Origin: Bacteroidales bacterium
GTDB taxonomy: Bacteria; Bacteroidota; Bacteroidia; Bacteroidales; JAQUTK01
Length of the DNA: 54,886 nt
NCBI GenBank assembly: GCA_028691445.1
Contig: JAQUZH010000001.1
Coordinates: forward strand, 1-54,886
Reading direction: 5' to 3'
This document shows positions 27,563 to 36,907 of this stretch, one piece after another. The notes below the pieces were generated by a model. That model was not told where the DNA came from. It made no database searches and saw nothing but the letters and a program-made list of their open reading frames with translations. The translations under genes and the position numbers were made by a program. The first letter of the stretch is position 1. The number at the start of each line of letters is the position of its first letter.

Positions 27563-29458
27563 ATGATTCAAATCAAACGACTTTACACATACATGCTGCA
27601 AAAGTTCTTATTGCTGCTTGTAATGACTTTCGTTATTTGTCTGTTCATCCTTCTGATGCAGTTTCTCTGGAAATATGTGGATGAAATGGTGGGCAAAGGA
27701 CTGGACATCTCTGTCTTAGGAGAGTTCTTTGTCTATGCCTCAATCAGCCTTATGCCACAGGCTATCCCTTTGGCGATCCTGCTCGCCTCTCTGATGACTT
27801 TTGGAAACCTCGGCGAACAACTTGAGTTACTGGCCATTAAAGCCGCCGGTGTCTCTTTGCTTCATGTCATGCGTCCCCTACTTGTCTTTATCCTCTTCAT
27901 AAGTCTCAGTTCGATCATCTTTCAGAACTATATCACTCCGAAGGTTCAGGTAAAGATGTATTCGCTGTTGCTTTCCATCAAACAGAAGTCGCCCGAACTT
28001 CAGATTCCGGTTGGAAGTTTTTACAAGCAGATCGCAGAGAGAAGTATCCTCGTACGCGACAAAGATCCGGAAACCGGTTTGCTGAAGGATATTATGATTT
28101 ATGATTTTTCTAAAGGTTCGGACAACGCATCGATCATATTAGCTGATTCGGCACGACTGAAGATAACCGATGACAAGTTATACATTGTGCTGAATCTCTT
28201 CAACGGCGAACAGTTTGAGAACCTGGAAAGACAGACCATGGGAGCCAAGAATATCCCTTATCGTCGGGAGTCTTTCTTGTCCAAGACAGTGATGATTGAG
28301 TTTAACTCAAACTTTGAGCGCATGGATGATGGCTTCCTTCAAAACGAATATGTAGCAAAGAATCTGACGCAGCTGCAACATACGGTCGACTCGATGACCA
28401 CCGAAGTGGACAGCATGAAGAGGTATGATGCCCTTCAATTGTTATTTACTGAGAATCGCATCAAGCCTCCCAAAGACACTGCCTGGACGAATAACCCCAA
28501 ACGGTTGCTCTATGACTCCTACAACCCGGATTCTGTCTATGCAAGAATCTCTCGAAATGATCAGGTGAATCTTTTGGAAAGAGCACTCAACCGAATGAAA
28601 GGCACGAAAGCCGAATACTCCATGCGCATCGAGAATATGGAAAATGAAGCACGTGTCATGCGACGCCACAATATCGAGTGGCACAAAAAGTTCAGTCTCT
28701 CGTTTTCGTGTATTATCTTCTTTCTGATTGGCGCCCCTCTGGGTGCCATCATCCGAAAAGGAGGTCTTGGTATGCCTGTCGTTGCCTCTGTGCTCCTCTT
28801 TATCATCTATTACATCATGGACAACATCGGTTATAAGATGGGGAAAAACGGCGTTTGGGAAGTATGGCAAGGAACTTGGTTGAGCGCGGCATTGCTTACG
28901 CCACTCGGATTCTTCCTAACCTACAAAGCAAACAGAGATTCAGCTATTTTGAATGCCGATGCCTATGTCATCCTCTACAAAAAGATCTTTGCTATTCATG
29001 AGAAAGTGCGAAATATATCACGCAAAGAGATCTCGATGAAAGACCCAGATTATCAGATGGCACACGACGAACTCGCCACGATGACGGACGAATGCGCCAG
29101 TCTGATGAACGAGACAAAGAAAGCACCGGGTTATGTCGCTTTCTGGACCAACAAAGCATTTGTTCCGTTGCAAGAACTATCGGATCGTCTGGAACGAATC
29201 GTCGACAATCTGCGCGATACGCAAGATAACCTCATCATTCACAAGATTGGAGATTATCCGATTCTATCGCCCGAAGCATGCAACACGCCCATTGCCAATA
29301 AGGGATTCGGTATCTTCTGCATGCTCTTCTTCCCTATCGGAATACCTTTTTATATACGTTCCATATTGAAACGAGGCAAACTCTTTCAACAACTGAATAC
29401 GATCATACGGATCAACAGAGACTTAAATGAGATAATTCTAAAACACATCAACATATGA
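27563..29458 (+). CDS. LptF/LptG (YjgP/YjgQ) family permease with a long C-terminal extension
   Basis: 631 aa. Layout is 3 TM segments, a roughly 250 aa soluble domain, then 3 TM segments, as in LptF/G. About 170 further residues follow, including one more hydrophobic segment. Confidence 0.75.
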   Translation: MIQIKRLYTYMLQKFLLLLVMTFVICLFILLMQFLWKYVDEMVGKGLDISVLGEFFVYASISLMPQAIPLAILLASLMTFGNLGEQLELLAIKAAGVSLLHVMRPLLVFILFISLSSIIFQNYITPKVQVKMYSLLLSIKQKSPELQIPVGSFYKQIAERSILVRDKDPETGLLKDIMIYDFSKGSDNASIILADSARLKITDDKLYIVLNLFNGEQFENLERQTMGAKNIPYRRESFLSKTVMIEFNSNFERMDDGFLQNEYVAKNLTQLQHTVDSMTTEVDSMKRYDALQLLFTENRIKPPKDTAWTNNPKRLLYDSYNPDSVYARISRNDQVNLLERALNRMKGTKAEYSMRIENMENEARVMRRHNIEWHKKFSLSFSCIIFFLIGAPLGAIIRKGGLGMPVVASVLLFIIYYIMDNIGYKMGKNGVWEVWQGTWLSAALLTPLGFFLTYKANRDSAILNADAYVILYKKIFAIHEKVRNISRKEISMKDPDYQMAHDELATMTDECASLMNETKKAPGYVAFWTNKAFVPLQELSDRLERIVDNLRDTQDNLIIHKIGDYPILSPEACNTPIANKGFGIFCMLFFPIGIPFYIRSILKRGKLFQQLNTIIRINRDLNEIILKHINI

Positions 29459-30672
29459 ATGATTACAAATTAAACACGATTGAGGAAGCTATCAATGATA
29501 TACGGGATGGCAAGTTTCTGATTGTCGTTGACGATGAAGACCGGGAGAATGAAGGAGACTTTATTATTGCTGCTGAGAAGATCACAGAAGAAAAAGTAAA
29601 CTTCATGATTACCCATGGAAGAGGTGTGCTTTGCGCTCCCATTACAGAAGAACGCTGCAAAGAACTGGAACTTGAAATGCAGGTGAATACCAATACGTCC
29701 ATTTATGAAACGCCCTTCACTGTAACAGTTGACATGTTGAAAAACGGATGTACGACTGGAGTTTCGATGCATGACCGCGCAGAAACAATACGCGCGCTGG
29801 CAGATCCTATGACCAAACCGGAAGATCTGGGACGCCCCGGACACATCAATCCATTGCGTGCCCGTTCAAGGGGAGTACTTCGTCGCGCCGGACACACAGA
29901 GGCTACGGTCGACTTAGCCCGTCTTGCCGGACTCGCTCCCGCAGGTGCGCTGATTGAGATTATCAATGAAGATGGCACCATGGCTCGTTTGCCTCAACTT
30001 ATTGAAGTAGGCAAACGCTTCGGAATCAAGATTGTCACGATCAAAGATCTGATTGCATACCGGTTACAGGCAGAATCATTGGTTGAGAAAGGCATTGAAG
30101 TTGATATGCCTACCGAGTATGGTCATTTCCGCTTGATACCTTTCAAGCAACTTTCGAATGGGTTGGAGCATGTCGCTCTGATAAAAGGAACGTGGGACAA
30201 AGAGGAACCTGTTCTTGTACGTGTTCACTCCTCTTGCATGACCGGCGACATCTTCTCTTCCAATCGATGTGAATGCGGCGAACAGCTTCATAAAGCGATG
30301 CAGGAGATTGAGAAAGCGGGAAAAGGGGTGGTTGTATATATGAATCAGGAAGGACGCGGAATTGGTCTGATGAACAAAATCAAAGCCTATAAGCTACAGG
30401 AACAAGGACTGGACACGGTAGAAGCAAATCTGCACCTCGGGTTTAATGCCGATGAGCGTGATTATGGAGTAGGTGCCGAGATTTTGCGCGAACTAGGGAT
30501 TCACAAGATGCGACTGATGACCAACAATCCCGTCAAACGTATCGGACTGGAAGCATATGGTCTGCAGATTGTAGAAAATGTGCCTATCGAAATTAAGCCC
30601 AATCCATACAACGAACAATACCTCAAGACCAAAAAAGACCGGATGGGACATACACTCAGAAACATAAAATAA
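29455..30672 (+). CDS. ribBA: Bifunctional 3,4-dihydroxy-2-butanone-4-phosphate synthase / GTP cyclohydrolase II
   Basis: 405 aa. DHBP synthase motifs ([14 protein letters not shown]) and the GCH-II zinc motif ([10 protein letters not shown]). The start overlaps the upstream stop (ATGA). Confidence 0.95.
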   Translation: MNDYKLNTIEEAINDIRDGKFLIVVDDEDRENEGDFIIAAEKITEEKVNFMITHGRGVLCAPITEERCKELELEMQVNTNTSIYETPFTVTVDMLKNGCTTGVSMHDRAETIRALADPMTKPEDLGRPGHINPLRARSRGVLRRAGHTEATVDLARLAGLAPAGALIEIINEDGTMARLPQLIEVGKRFGIKIVTIKDLIAYRLQAESLVEKGIEVDMPTEYGHFRLIPFKQLSNGLEHVALIKGTWDKEEPVLVRVHSSCMTGDIFSSNRCECGEQLHKAMQEIEKAGKGVVVYMNQEGRGIGLMNKIKAYKLQEQGLDTVEANLHLGFNADERDYGVGAEILRELGIHKMRLMTNNPVKRIGLEAYGLQIVENVPIEIKPNPYNEQYLKTKKDRMGHTLRNIK

Positions 30673-30703
30673 GTGATCCGCCATCGTACGATGTTTCACT
30701 TCT

Positions 30704-30752
30704 CCAGATACAAAAACAGCCTGCTGAATCAGCAGGCTGTTTTTGTATCTGG
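30704..30752. terminator. Bidirectional terminator between ribBA and the convergent exporter genes
   Basis: Perfect 23 bp stem ccagatacaaaaacagcctgctg / cagcaggctgtttttgtatctgg with a 3 nt loop. Confidence 0.8.
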
Positions 30753-30766
30753 ATAAAAGAGAGAGG

Positions 30767-31333
30767 CTATCGTTCTTCGATTTGTTCGATTTCCACACTG
30801 GGCTTGCCAAGTGTACGTCTCTCTTTGTTTACAAACTTGAGAATACGCGTCACGGAGAATGTTTGACTATGAAAGATAAACATCGGCACAGAGACTCCGA
30901 CTACGAGCGCAAACAAGACAAAGACCGTTGTCGTTCCATTTCGGAAGATATCCACAATAATATTGACAGAAGTAGGATAATCATCACTCTGGATAAATTT
31001 CACAGAAGCCAGCACGGTTTTATACGCATACATTCCCGGAATCATCGGAAGCAGCGAAGGAAAAGAGAAGACTTCAGCCGGACAATGGATCTTCTTTGCA
31101 AAGAGAATACTGAGCAGGCCTATAATAAAGGCAGCAATAAAAGAAGCACTGGAGATGTCCAACGAGGTACTTTGCAGCAGGAAATAACGGAACCCATGTC
31201 CCACCGCTGCTAAAAATGCAGAAACAAGAATCGCTTTGCGGGGCGGATTAGAGATCACAGCAAATCCGATAGAGGCAACTGCCGCAAAGAAGCAATCAAA
31301 AATAATTGCAAGAATAAAATCAGTAGTCATCAT
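30767..31333 (-). CDS. Threonine/serine exporter family protein, YjjB-like small subunit
   Basis: 188 aa and polytopic. The N-terminus FILAIIFDCFFAAVASIGFAVISNPP is typical of ThrE_2/YjjB. It directly abuts the YjjP-like gene. Confidence 0.7.
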   Translation of the reverse strand: MMTTDFILAIIFDCFFAAVASIGFAVISNPPRKAILVSAFLAAVGHGFRYFLLQSTSLDISSASFIAAFIIGLLSILFAKKIHCPAEVFSFPSLLPMIPGMYAYKTVLASVKFIQSDDYPTSVNIIVDIFRNGTTTVFVLFALVVGVSVPMFIFHSQTFSVTRILKFVNKERRTLGKPSVEIEQIEER

Positions 31334-32103
31334 AATGCATCCACTCCTATTAATAACAACGTAAGCGACAGACCGATTGCCAAACAGATAATCAACAACG
31401 CAGCATTGATCAAGCGTGAAACTCCAGCCAACGCATGACCTTCAATAATATCAAGGACTCCATTGATCAGAGGCACACCCGGAATAAGAAAGAGCACACT
31501 GGTACCCAATGCTATTTGAGGTGTATTGCCTATATTATAAAGAGTAGCTATACTGCCAATCATGGAGGCGACAAAAGAGGCGGAGACAAACACAAATAAG
31601 TGATTGATATGTTTTTCCATCATCTTTTGACGAACAAAAAAACCAACCAGTGTGGCAATAAAAACGATACTCATTGCCTGCCAGTCTCCCAAAAAGAGTC
31701 GGCAGAAGGAAGCATTGGCGAAAGCCACCAACAAGAGGACGATCCACTTATTCATGCGTGGTTTGCTGACAATCTCCTGATACCGACTTTTGATTTGCGC
31801 CAAAGAGAGACGCTCATCATACGCTTCCCAACTCAGCGAACTGAGTCTGGAATTGATCTCAAAGTTCAACGCCATGGGTTTGATCTTATTCACCGAACTG
31901 TAAGAATGTAGATTATCTTTATCGCGCAAAGTCATGATAATGGTCTTTTGAAAGATCGTCATATCGGCAAAAAAGCCAAAAGACTGCGCAATACGCGAGG
32001 TATTACGAACTACACGCGAGGTATGGGTGCCCACAGCCATCAGACATGTCGAGTAATCTGATAAGAAATGGGATAATTCCTTGAGTTCAGAATGAATATC
32101 CAT
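31330..32103 (-). CDS. Threonine/serine exporter family protein, YjjP-like large subunit
   Basis: 257 aa. A soluble N-terminal part followed by 5 TM segments (ThrE/DUF1212 architecture). Confidence 0.7.
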   Translation of the reverse strand: MDIHSELKELSHFLSDYSTCLMAVGTHTSRVVRNTSRIAQSFGFFADMTIFQKTIIMTLRDKDNLHSYSSVNKIKPMALNFEINSRLSSLSWEAYDERLSLAQIKSRYQEIVSKPRMNKWIVLLLVAFANASFCRLFLGDWQAMSIVFIATLVGFFVRQKMMEKHINHLFVFVSASFVASMIGSIATLYNIGNTPQIALGTSVLFLIPGVPLINGVLDIIEGHALAGVSRLINAALLIICLAIGLSLTLLLIGVDAL

Positions 32104-32178
32104 GAGGTTAAATAATCGTTAGATAGATGGATAAAAAATAGTTATGGCTTTCATTAAAGCAAGTTTCCTTTCGAACTG

Positions 32179-32186
32179 CAAAGGTA
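32179..32186 (-). promoter_or_regulatory. -7 promoter box (TACCTTTG) for the exporter pair
   Basis: Exact TAnnTTTG on the - strand, 76 nt upstream of the ATG at 32103. Confidence 0.45.
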
Positions 32187-32283
32187 ATCAAAAAGCAGCG
32201 AATGAAGAGATTCGTAAAACTATTTCATATGGTTAAAAAAATGCATTCATACGATCCGCTTGACAGATCGCTTCTTTCTTGCT

Positions 32284-33156
32284 TCAAGATTTGGAAAGCG
32301 TATTGTGCGAATCACGATACTCCTGAGGTGTCAACCCCGTCGTCGCTTTAAAGAGACGGTTGAAGTAAGAGTGATTATCAAACGAAAGTGCATAGGCCAC
32401 ATTCTTGATAGGCATATCATTAAACGCAAGGATGAGTTGCGCTTTCTCAATCTTTTTGTGATTGATGTATTGAAGAGGCGTACTTCCGGTCTCCTTCTTG
32501 AAGAGTTTGATCAGATGATCATCCGAGAGATTACAAAAGCCCGACAGCTGACTGATGGTCATCTTCTCATAGATATTTTTTCGGATGAAGTGCATCACCT
32601 TTTGAATCCGGTCATCACTCACCTCAATTTTCGGTTTGGCATCTTTCAGAAAACGGGAAAAGAGTTGATAAGTAATGCCGCGCGATTCAATCCGTTCAAA
32701 GAGTGCACGCTGCTTATTTCGGATGATATTTTCGATCAACGTCGGATTATTATCATAGGTATCCGGATTAGATTGTTTCAACTTCATGGCTGGATTAATT
32801 TCGCATAGCCTCATCACCAGATCCAGATCCAACTGATTGGCGGCAACTTCCACAGGAAAATCCCACTCATCAAAGAAACTTGTTTTCGTGCGTGTTTCTT
32901 CATACAAATGGATATAATAATGAGAGAAAAGAGCATTACACCGGTAGCTGTGAACAGTAAATGCCGGGATCAGATAGAGATAGCCTTTCTTCAACTCTTG
33001 TTCGCCTGTGGGTAGCAAAAGATAAGCACTACCTTCCGCCACATAATAGATACGGGTGAACGGACTATTGATGTCCTTCCAGTTCCAATCGGCATTGTGT
33101 GTGGCAAGTCCGACATTCAACAACAAGAGATTCAAACTATCCGCAGATCCTGACAT
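32284..33156 (-). CDS. AraC family transcriptional regulator
   Basis: Cupin-like N-terminal domain and C-terminal double HTH (…LSGFCNLSDDHLIKLFKKETGSTPLQYINHKKIEKA…FDNHSYFNRLFK). The start is set at the Met at 33156. Confidence 0.8.
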   Translation of the reverse strand: MSGSADSLNLLLLNVGLATHNADWNWKDINSPFTRIYYVAEGSAYLLLPTGEQELKKGYLYLIPAFTVHSYRCNALFSHYYIHLYEETRTKTSFFDEWDFPVEVAANQLDLDLVMRLCEINPAMKLKQSNPDTYDNNPTLIENIIRNKQRALFERIESRGITYQLFSRFLKDAKPKIEVSDDRIQKVMHFIRKNIYEKMTISQLSGFCNLSDDHLIKLFKKETGSTPLQYINHKKIEKAQLILAFNDMPIKNVAYALSFDNHSYFNRLFKATTGLTPQEYRDSHNTLSKS

Positions 33157-33276
33157 AATACGAGTATCGATATAATGAATGCGAATATAGTGATAAATCA
33201 GACAATTACGCAATAATTATCGATTTTGTTCTATCGCTCGTCGGATTTGTATATCGTTCGTACCGAAAGAATACGC

Positions 33277-33284
33277 TATATTTG
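33277..33284 (+). promoter_or_regulatory. -7 promoter box (TATATTTG) for the GH29 gene
   Basis: Exact TAnnTTTG inside the 5' extension of the track ORF, 83 nt upstream of the signal-peptide Met at 33367. Confidence 0.5.
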
Positions 33285-33366
33285 CAGCACAAACAACGTA
33301 CATTATGCTTCTAAACAAACCGATTCTTTGAATCACCATGATACAAACTGTAATGGCCGAACGAAA

Positions 33367-35010
33367 ATGAACAAGTTACTAATCACAACATCTGCATTTC
33401 TGCTCACTGTCGGCAGCGTTTTTGCACAGGATCTCCCCATAAAGGTTTCCGAACAAAATGAGAAGATGATGCAGGGAAAATTTGAACCTACCTGGGAATC
33501 CCTGAAACAATATGAAGCTCCGGAATGGTATCGGAATGTAAAGTTTGGGATCTGGGCACACTGGGGACCGCAATGCGTGGAGGGCACAGGCGACTGGATG
33601 GCTCGTTTCATGTATGATGAGGGTTCGTATGTGTACAACTATCATGTAAAGAACTACGGTCATCCTTCTGAATTCGGTTTTAAAGACATCATCCATATCT
33701 GGAAAGCAGAGAAATGGGATCCGGAAAAGCTGGTGACGTTTTACAAAGAGATTGGAGCACAATATTTCTTTGCAATGGGTAATCATCACGACAACATGGA
33801 CCTTTGGAATAGTAAATACCAACCATGGAACTCGGTAAACATGGGTCCGAAGCGAGATATTATCGGTGAATGGGCAAAGGCAGCACGGAAAAACAAACTT
33901 CCTTTTGGTGTCAGTATCCATGCCGCACATGCCTGGCTTTGGTACGAAACTGCACAAAGAGCCGACAAGAAAGGCGACAAAGCCGGTATTCCCTACGATG
34001 GTCATTTGACGAAAGAAGATGGTAAAGGAAAATGGTGGGAAGGCTATGATCCGCAAGATCTCTACGCGCAAAACCATCCTTTAAGCAAAGGAAGCGAAAA
34101 TATCGGTACAATTCACTCACAGTGGGGTTGGGAGAATGGCGCAACTATGCCATCAGAAAAGTATTGCACCAACTTTTACGAACGTACGATTCAGATGATC
34201 AATGCCTACAATCCTGATTTACTTTACTTTGACGATACAACATTGCCTTTGTATCCTGTCAGCGATGCCGGAATGAAGATTGCAGCCCACTATTACAACC
34301 ATAGCATGGCGACCCACAAAGGGAAGCAGGAAGCTGTATTGTTTGGCAAGATCCTTAGCGACGCACAGAAAGATGCATTGACTTGGGATGTGGAGAAGGG
34401 TGCGCCCGACAAGATTCAGGAAGAGCCCTGGCAGTCCTGCTCTTGTATCGGAGGCTGGCATTATACCACCTCTATCTATGAGCATAACAGTTATAAGTCG
34501 GCAGCAAGTGTCATCAAACTGTTGATTGATATTGTGAGCAAGAATGGAAATTTACTGCTAAGTGTGCCGGTTCGCGGCGATGGCTCCATTGATGAGAAGG
34601 AGACTGCCATACTTCAAGGTATCGGCGAGTGGATGAAAGATAACAAGGAGTGCATTGTCAATACTCGTCCATGGAAGATCTTTGGAGAAGGGCCAATTGC
34701 TGAATCGTCTAACCCACTGAATGCGCAAGGCTTTAACGAAGGAAAAAATGAAAAAGCAACTGCTGAAGAGATCCGCTTCACCCAGAATAAAAAGAAGCTT
34801 TACGCATCGCTGCTTGCATGGCCGGTTGGCAGACAAGTAACGATCAAATCCCTGTCTGAGAAAAGTAACCTCTACCCCGAAACTATAAAGAAAGTCGAAT
34901 TGCTTGGTTATGGGAAGGTCCCATTTACCAGAACAAATGTCGGACTTGTGATTGAATTACCGGAAAAGAACGTGAACAAAATATCACCGGTATTTAAGAT
35001 TACCAGATAG
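33367..35010 (+). CDS. Secreted alpha-L-fucosidase, glycoside hydrolase family 29
   Basis: Signal peptide MNKLLITTSAFLLTVGSVFAQ, then the GH29 signature YEAPEWYRNVKFGIWAHWGPQ. Confidence 0.88.
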   Translation: MNKLLITTSAFLLTVGSVFAQDLPIKVSEQNEKMMQGKFEPTWESLKQYEAPEWYRNVKFGIWAHWGPQCVEGTGDWMARFMYDEGSYVYNYHVKNYGHPSEFGFKDIIHIWKAEKWDPEKLVTFYKEIGAQYFFAMGNHHDNMDLWNSKYQPWNSVNMGPKRDIIGEWAKAARKNKLPFGVSIHAAHAWLWYETAQRADKKGDKAGIPYDGHLTKEDGKGKWWEGYDPQDLYAQNHPLSKGSENIGTIHSQWGWENGATMPSEKYCTNFYERTIQMINAYNPDLLYFDDTTLPLYPVSDAGMKIAAHYYNHSMATHKGKQEAVLFGKILSDAQKDALTWDVEKGAPDKIQEEPWQSCSCIGGWHYTTSIYEHNSYKSAASVIKLLIDIVSKNGNLLLSVPVRGDGSIDEKETAILQGIGEWMKDNKECIVNTRPWKIFGEGPIAESSNPLNAQGFNEGKNEKATAEEIRFTQNKKKLYASLLAWPVGRQVTIKSLSEKSNLYPETIKKVELLGYGKVPFTRTNVGLVIELPEKNVNKISPVFKITR

Positions 35011-35036
35011 GCTGGTAATGAATTCTTAGTAGAGCT

Positions 35037-35070
35037 GGGCTGCTTCGAGGTATCGGAGCAGCCCTTTCTC
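35037..35070 (+). terminator. Intrinsic terminator after the GH29 gene
   Basis: Stem gggctgct/agcagccc, extended by gtagag/ctctac, with a T-rich tail. Confidence 0.55.
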
Positions 35071-35223
35071 TACACATCAAAAGCGTATTTCCTCGTTTGA
35101 GGGTACTGAAATGGGCCTGCTTCCTGATCGCATCTCTCCTCTTTCAATGAAGCGAAGCAACATCCTCCCTATCCTTCTCAGAAAGATGTCCTTTTTTTAC
35201 AATCAGAAGAGCAGCAAAAGTTC

Positions 35224-35231
35224 TACCTTTG
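35224..35231 (+). promoter_or_regulatory. -7 promoter box (TACCTTTG) for the second AraC-type regulator
   Basis: Exact TAnnTTTG 33 nt upstream of the Met at 35264, inside the longer track ORF. Confidence 0.55.
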
Positions 35232-35263
35232 CCATCAAACTGATCATTGCATTGGCAGACAAG

Positions 35264-36067
35264 ATGGAATCATTCAAAATCATAAAACCCTCTCCGCACT
35301 TGGTTCCGTATATCAGGTATTACTGGATATTACAGATAGATGGGACAACTCCGGTGCGGGAACGCACCTTGCCGGTAGGGTGTGTAAATATGGTTTTTCA
35401 TCGCGCAAACACCCTTTTTTCACTGACAGAAAAGAGTTTGCAGCCCACTGCGTTTATCTCCGGACAGTCTACCAGCTATTCAGAGGTAGAGTCTACCGGA
35501 CCTCTTGATATGATTTTCGTTGTATTTCAGCCCTATGCCGCCCGAATCTTCTTTCAGATCCCGATCAGCGAATTTCACGAGAAGAATGTCTCCATCAGCG
35601 CAATCGGCGACCCGGAATTGAAAGAGCTGGAAAAGCAGGTGGCGGATACCATGGATGACAGCCGGTCCATCGGATTGATTGAGCACTTTTTGCTCAGTCG
35701 TCTGCACTCATTCTCCACATACAATGTCAAAAGAGTAGTAGCCGCGGTGCAGGAGATCAACCAACAATCGCAACCCACTATCACCCAACTGTCGCAGATC
35801 GCCTGTCTGAGCAACAAGCAGTTTAACCGAGTCTTTACGGAGTATATCGGTACCCATCCCAAAGAGTTTATTCGTATTGTCCGCATGCAAAGAGCGTTGT
35901 ATCTGCTGCAGACGCATCCCGATCGAAACTTTGCTCAGCTAGCCTTCGAATGCGGGTTTTATGATCAATCGCATCTCATCAGAGAGTTCAAGTCTTTCTC
36001 CGGATATACGCCCACGGAATACCTCTCTGTCTGTGCTCCCTATTCCGATTATTTCTACGTAGTGTAA
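35264..36067 (+). CDS. AraC family transcriptional regulator (non-cupin N-terminal domain)
   Basis: 267 aa. C-terminal HTH (…IACLSNKQFNRVFTEYIGTHPKEFIRIVRMQRAL…GFYDQSHLIREFK). Confidence 0.8.
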   Translation: MESFKIIKPSPHLVPYIRYYWILQIDGTTPVRERTLPVGCVNMVFHRANTLFSLTEKSLQPTAFISGQSTSYSEVESTGPLDMIFVVFQPYAARIFFQIPISEFHEKNVSISAIGDPELKELEKQVADTMDDSRSIGLIEHFLLSRLHSFSTYNVKRVVAAVQEINQQSQPTITQLSQIACLSNKQFNRVFTEYIGTHPKEFIRIVRMQRALYLLQTHPDRNFAQLAFECGFYDQSHLIREFKSFSGYTPTEYLSVCAPYSDYFYVV

Positions 36068-36106
36068 GATGTCTTTATTTTCCTATCACAGGATGAGATG
36101 TTGCTC

Positions 36107-36114
36107 TACCTTTG
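36107..36114 (+). promoter_or_regulatory. -7 promoter box (TACCTTTG) for the VOC gene
   Basis: Exact TAnnTTTG 50 nt upstream of the Met at 36164. Confidence 0.55.
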
Positions 36115-36163
36115 CATCGTCTTTGCAAAGTCAGTGTATAATAATCATCTAAAAACAGAAACA

Positions 36164-36529
36164 ATGGAAAAATTAATTGCGTTTTTTGAGATCCCGGCCG
36201 CAGACTTTTATCGGGCGGTAACGTTTTATGAGTCGATCTTCCACCTGAAGTTGTCGGTGTATGACTGGGAACAGGAGAAGATGGCCTTCTTTATGGAAAA
36301 TGGAGATTGCATCGGTTCGATCTCTTACGGTAAGGATTTCCCACCCTCTGAAAAGGGGACTCTCCTCAGTTTTAATTGCGAAAACATGAGTGAGACGCAG
36401 GCTTTGATTGAAAGCAATGGCGGGAAAATCATCATTCCGAAGACGAAAATTGAAGCGGAAAACAAAGGATATTTCTCTACATTCAGAGACAGCGAAGGGA
36501 ATACCATTGGCTTGTATTCGGACAAGTAA
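36164..36529 (+). CDS. VOC (glyoxalase/bleomycin-resistance fold) family protein
   Basis: 121 aa. Contains FEIPAADFYRAVTFYESIF ... GYFSTFRDSEGNTIGLYS, a typical single-domain VOC pattern. Confidence 0.7.
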   Translation: MEKLIAFFEIPAADFYRAVTFYESIFHLKLSVYDWEQEKMAFFMENGDCIGSISYGKDFPPSEKGTLLSFNCENMSETQALIESNGGKIIIPKTKIEAENKGYFSTFRDSEGNTIGLYSDK

Positions 36530-36863
36530 ATGCTGTGCAGTGATTCTTTTCGGCAAACAAAAGTCGGAGAATCGCTCTCTTTTAGCAATCCCCGTCTACG
36601 CTCCCTTTCGGGTCAAAATGCGCGGACAGGGATTGCTCTTATTCGTGTGAAGCAACAGGGTACTCTCCATTGTTTCAGCTCTTCTCATTGGACGCGACCG
36701 GAAAGCATACGATAGATTGACTCTTGATGCTTTATGAACTTACACAGAAACAGGAGAGCTATTCGTACGGTGACTGCCAAGTGAGGAGATTGCGGGTCAA
36801 GCCCACAATGACAAACAGAGGTGACCTTTGTGACAACGAAAAAAACATGTCTAAAACCTCTTG

Positions 36864-36907
36864 AAAAGTTTTCCCATAGTTTTGCCGGAAACTATGGGAA
36901 AACTTTT
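36864..36907. repeat. Perfect 19 bp inverted repeat (hairpin) inside a non-coding island
   Basis: Arms aaaagttttcccatagttt (36864-36882) and aaactatgggaaaactttt (36889-36907), with a 6 nt loop tgccgg. The 5' arm and loop contain TAGTTTTG (36877-36884). Confidence 0.85.

Noticed and set aside
29400-29460. Looked for an FMN riboswitch upstream of ribBA and a TPP riboswitch upstream of thiL
   Set aside because: The ribBA start overlaps the preceding gene's stop, and thiL overlaps the PNP gene, so there is no leader that could hold a riboswitch.
33226-33366. N-terminal extensions in the ORF track: 33226 for GH29, 35111 for AraC, 36098 for VOC, 43021 for the lipoprotein, 47492 for ferredoxin, 1453 for aroK, 40657 for the helicase, 25339 for the hypothetical protein, 54630 for the ABC transporter and 33213 for AraC
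   Set aside because: In most of these cases a consensus -7 promoter box or terminator lies inside the extension. The downstream Met also begins a signal peptide or the conserved N-terminus of the family. The shorter starts were therefore used.
33379-34077. 232-aa antisense ORF inside the GH29 gene. Similar cases are 32260-32808 (opposite AraC), 37984-38640 (opposite GH76), 39106-39657 (opposite uxuA), 46638-47153 (opposite GH78) and 28442-28870 (opposite LptF/G).
   Set aside because: All are fully nested in confidently identified genes on the other strand. None has a recognisable domain or signal sequence, or a TAnnTTTG box upstream. They are treated as shadow ORFs.
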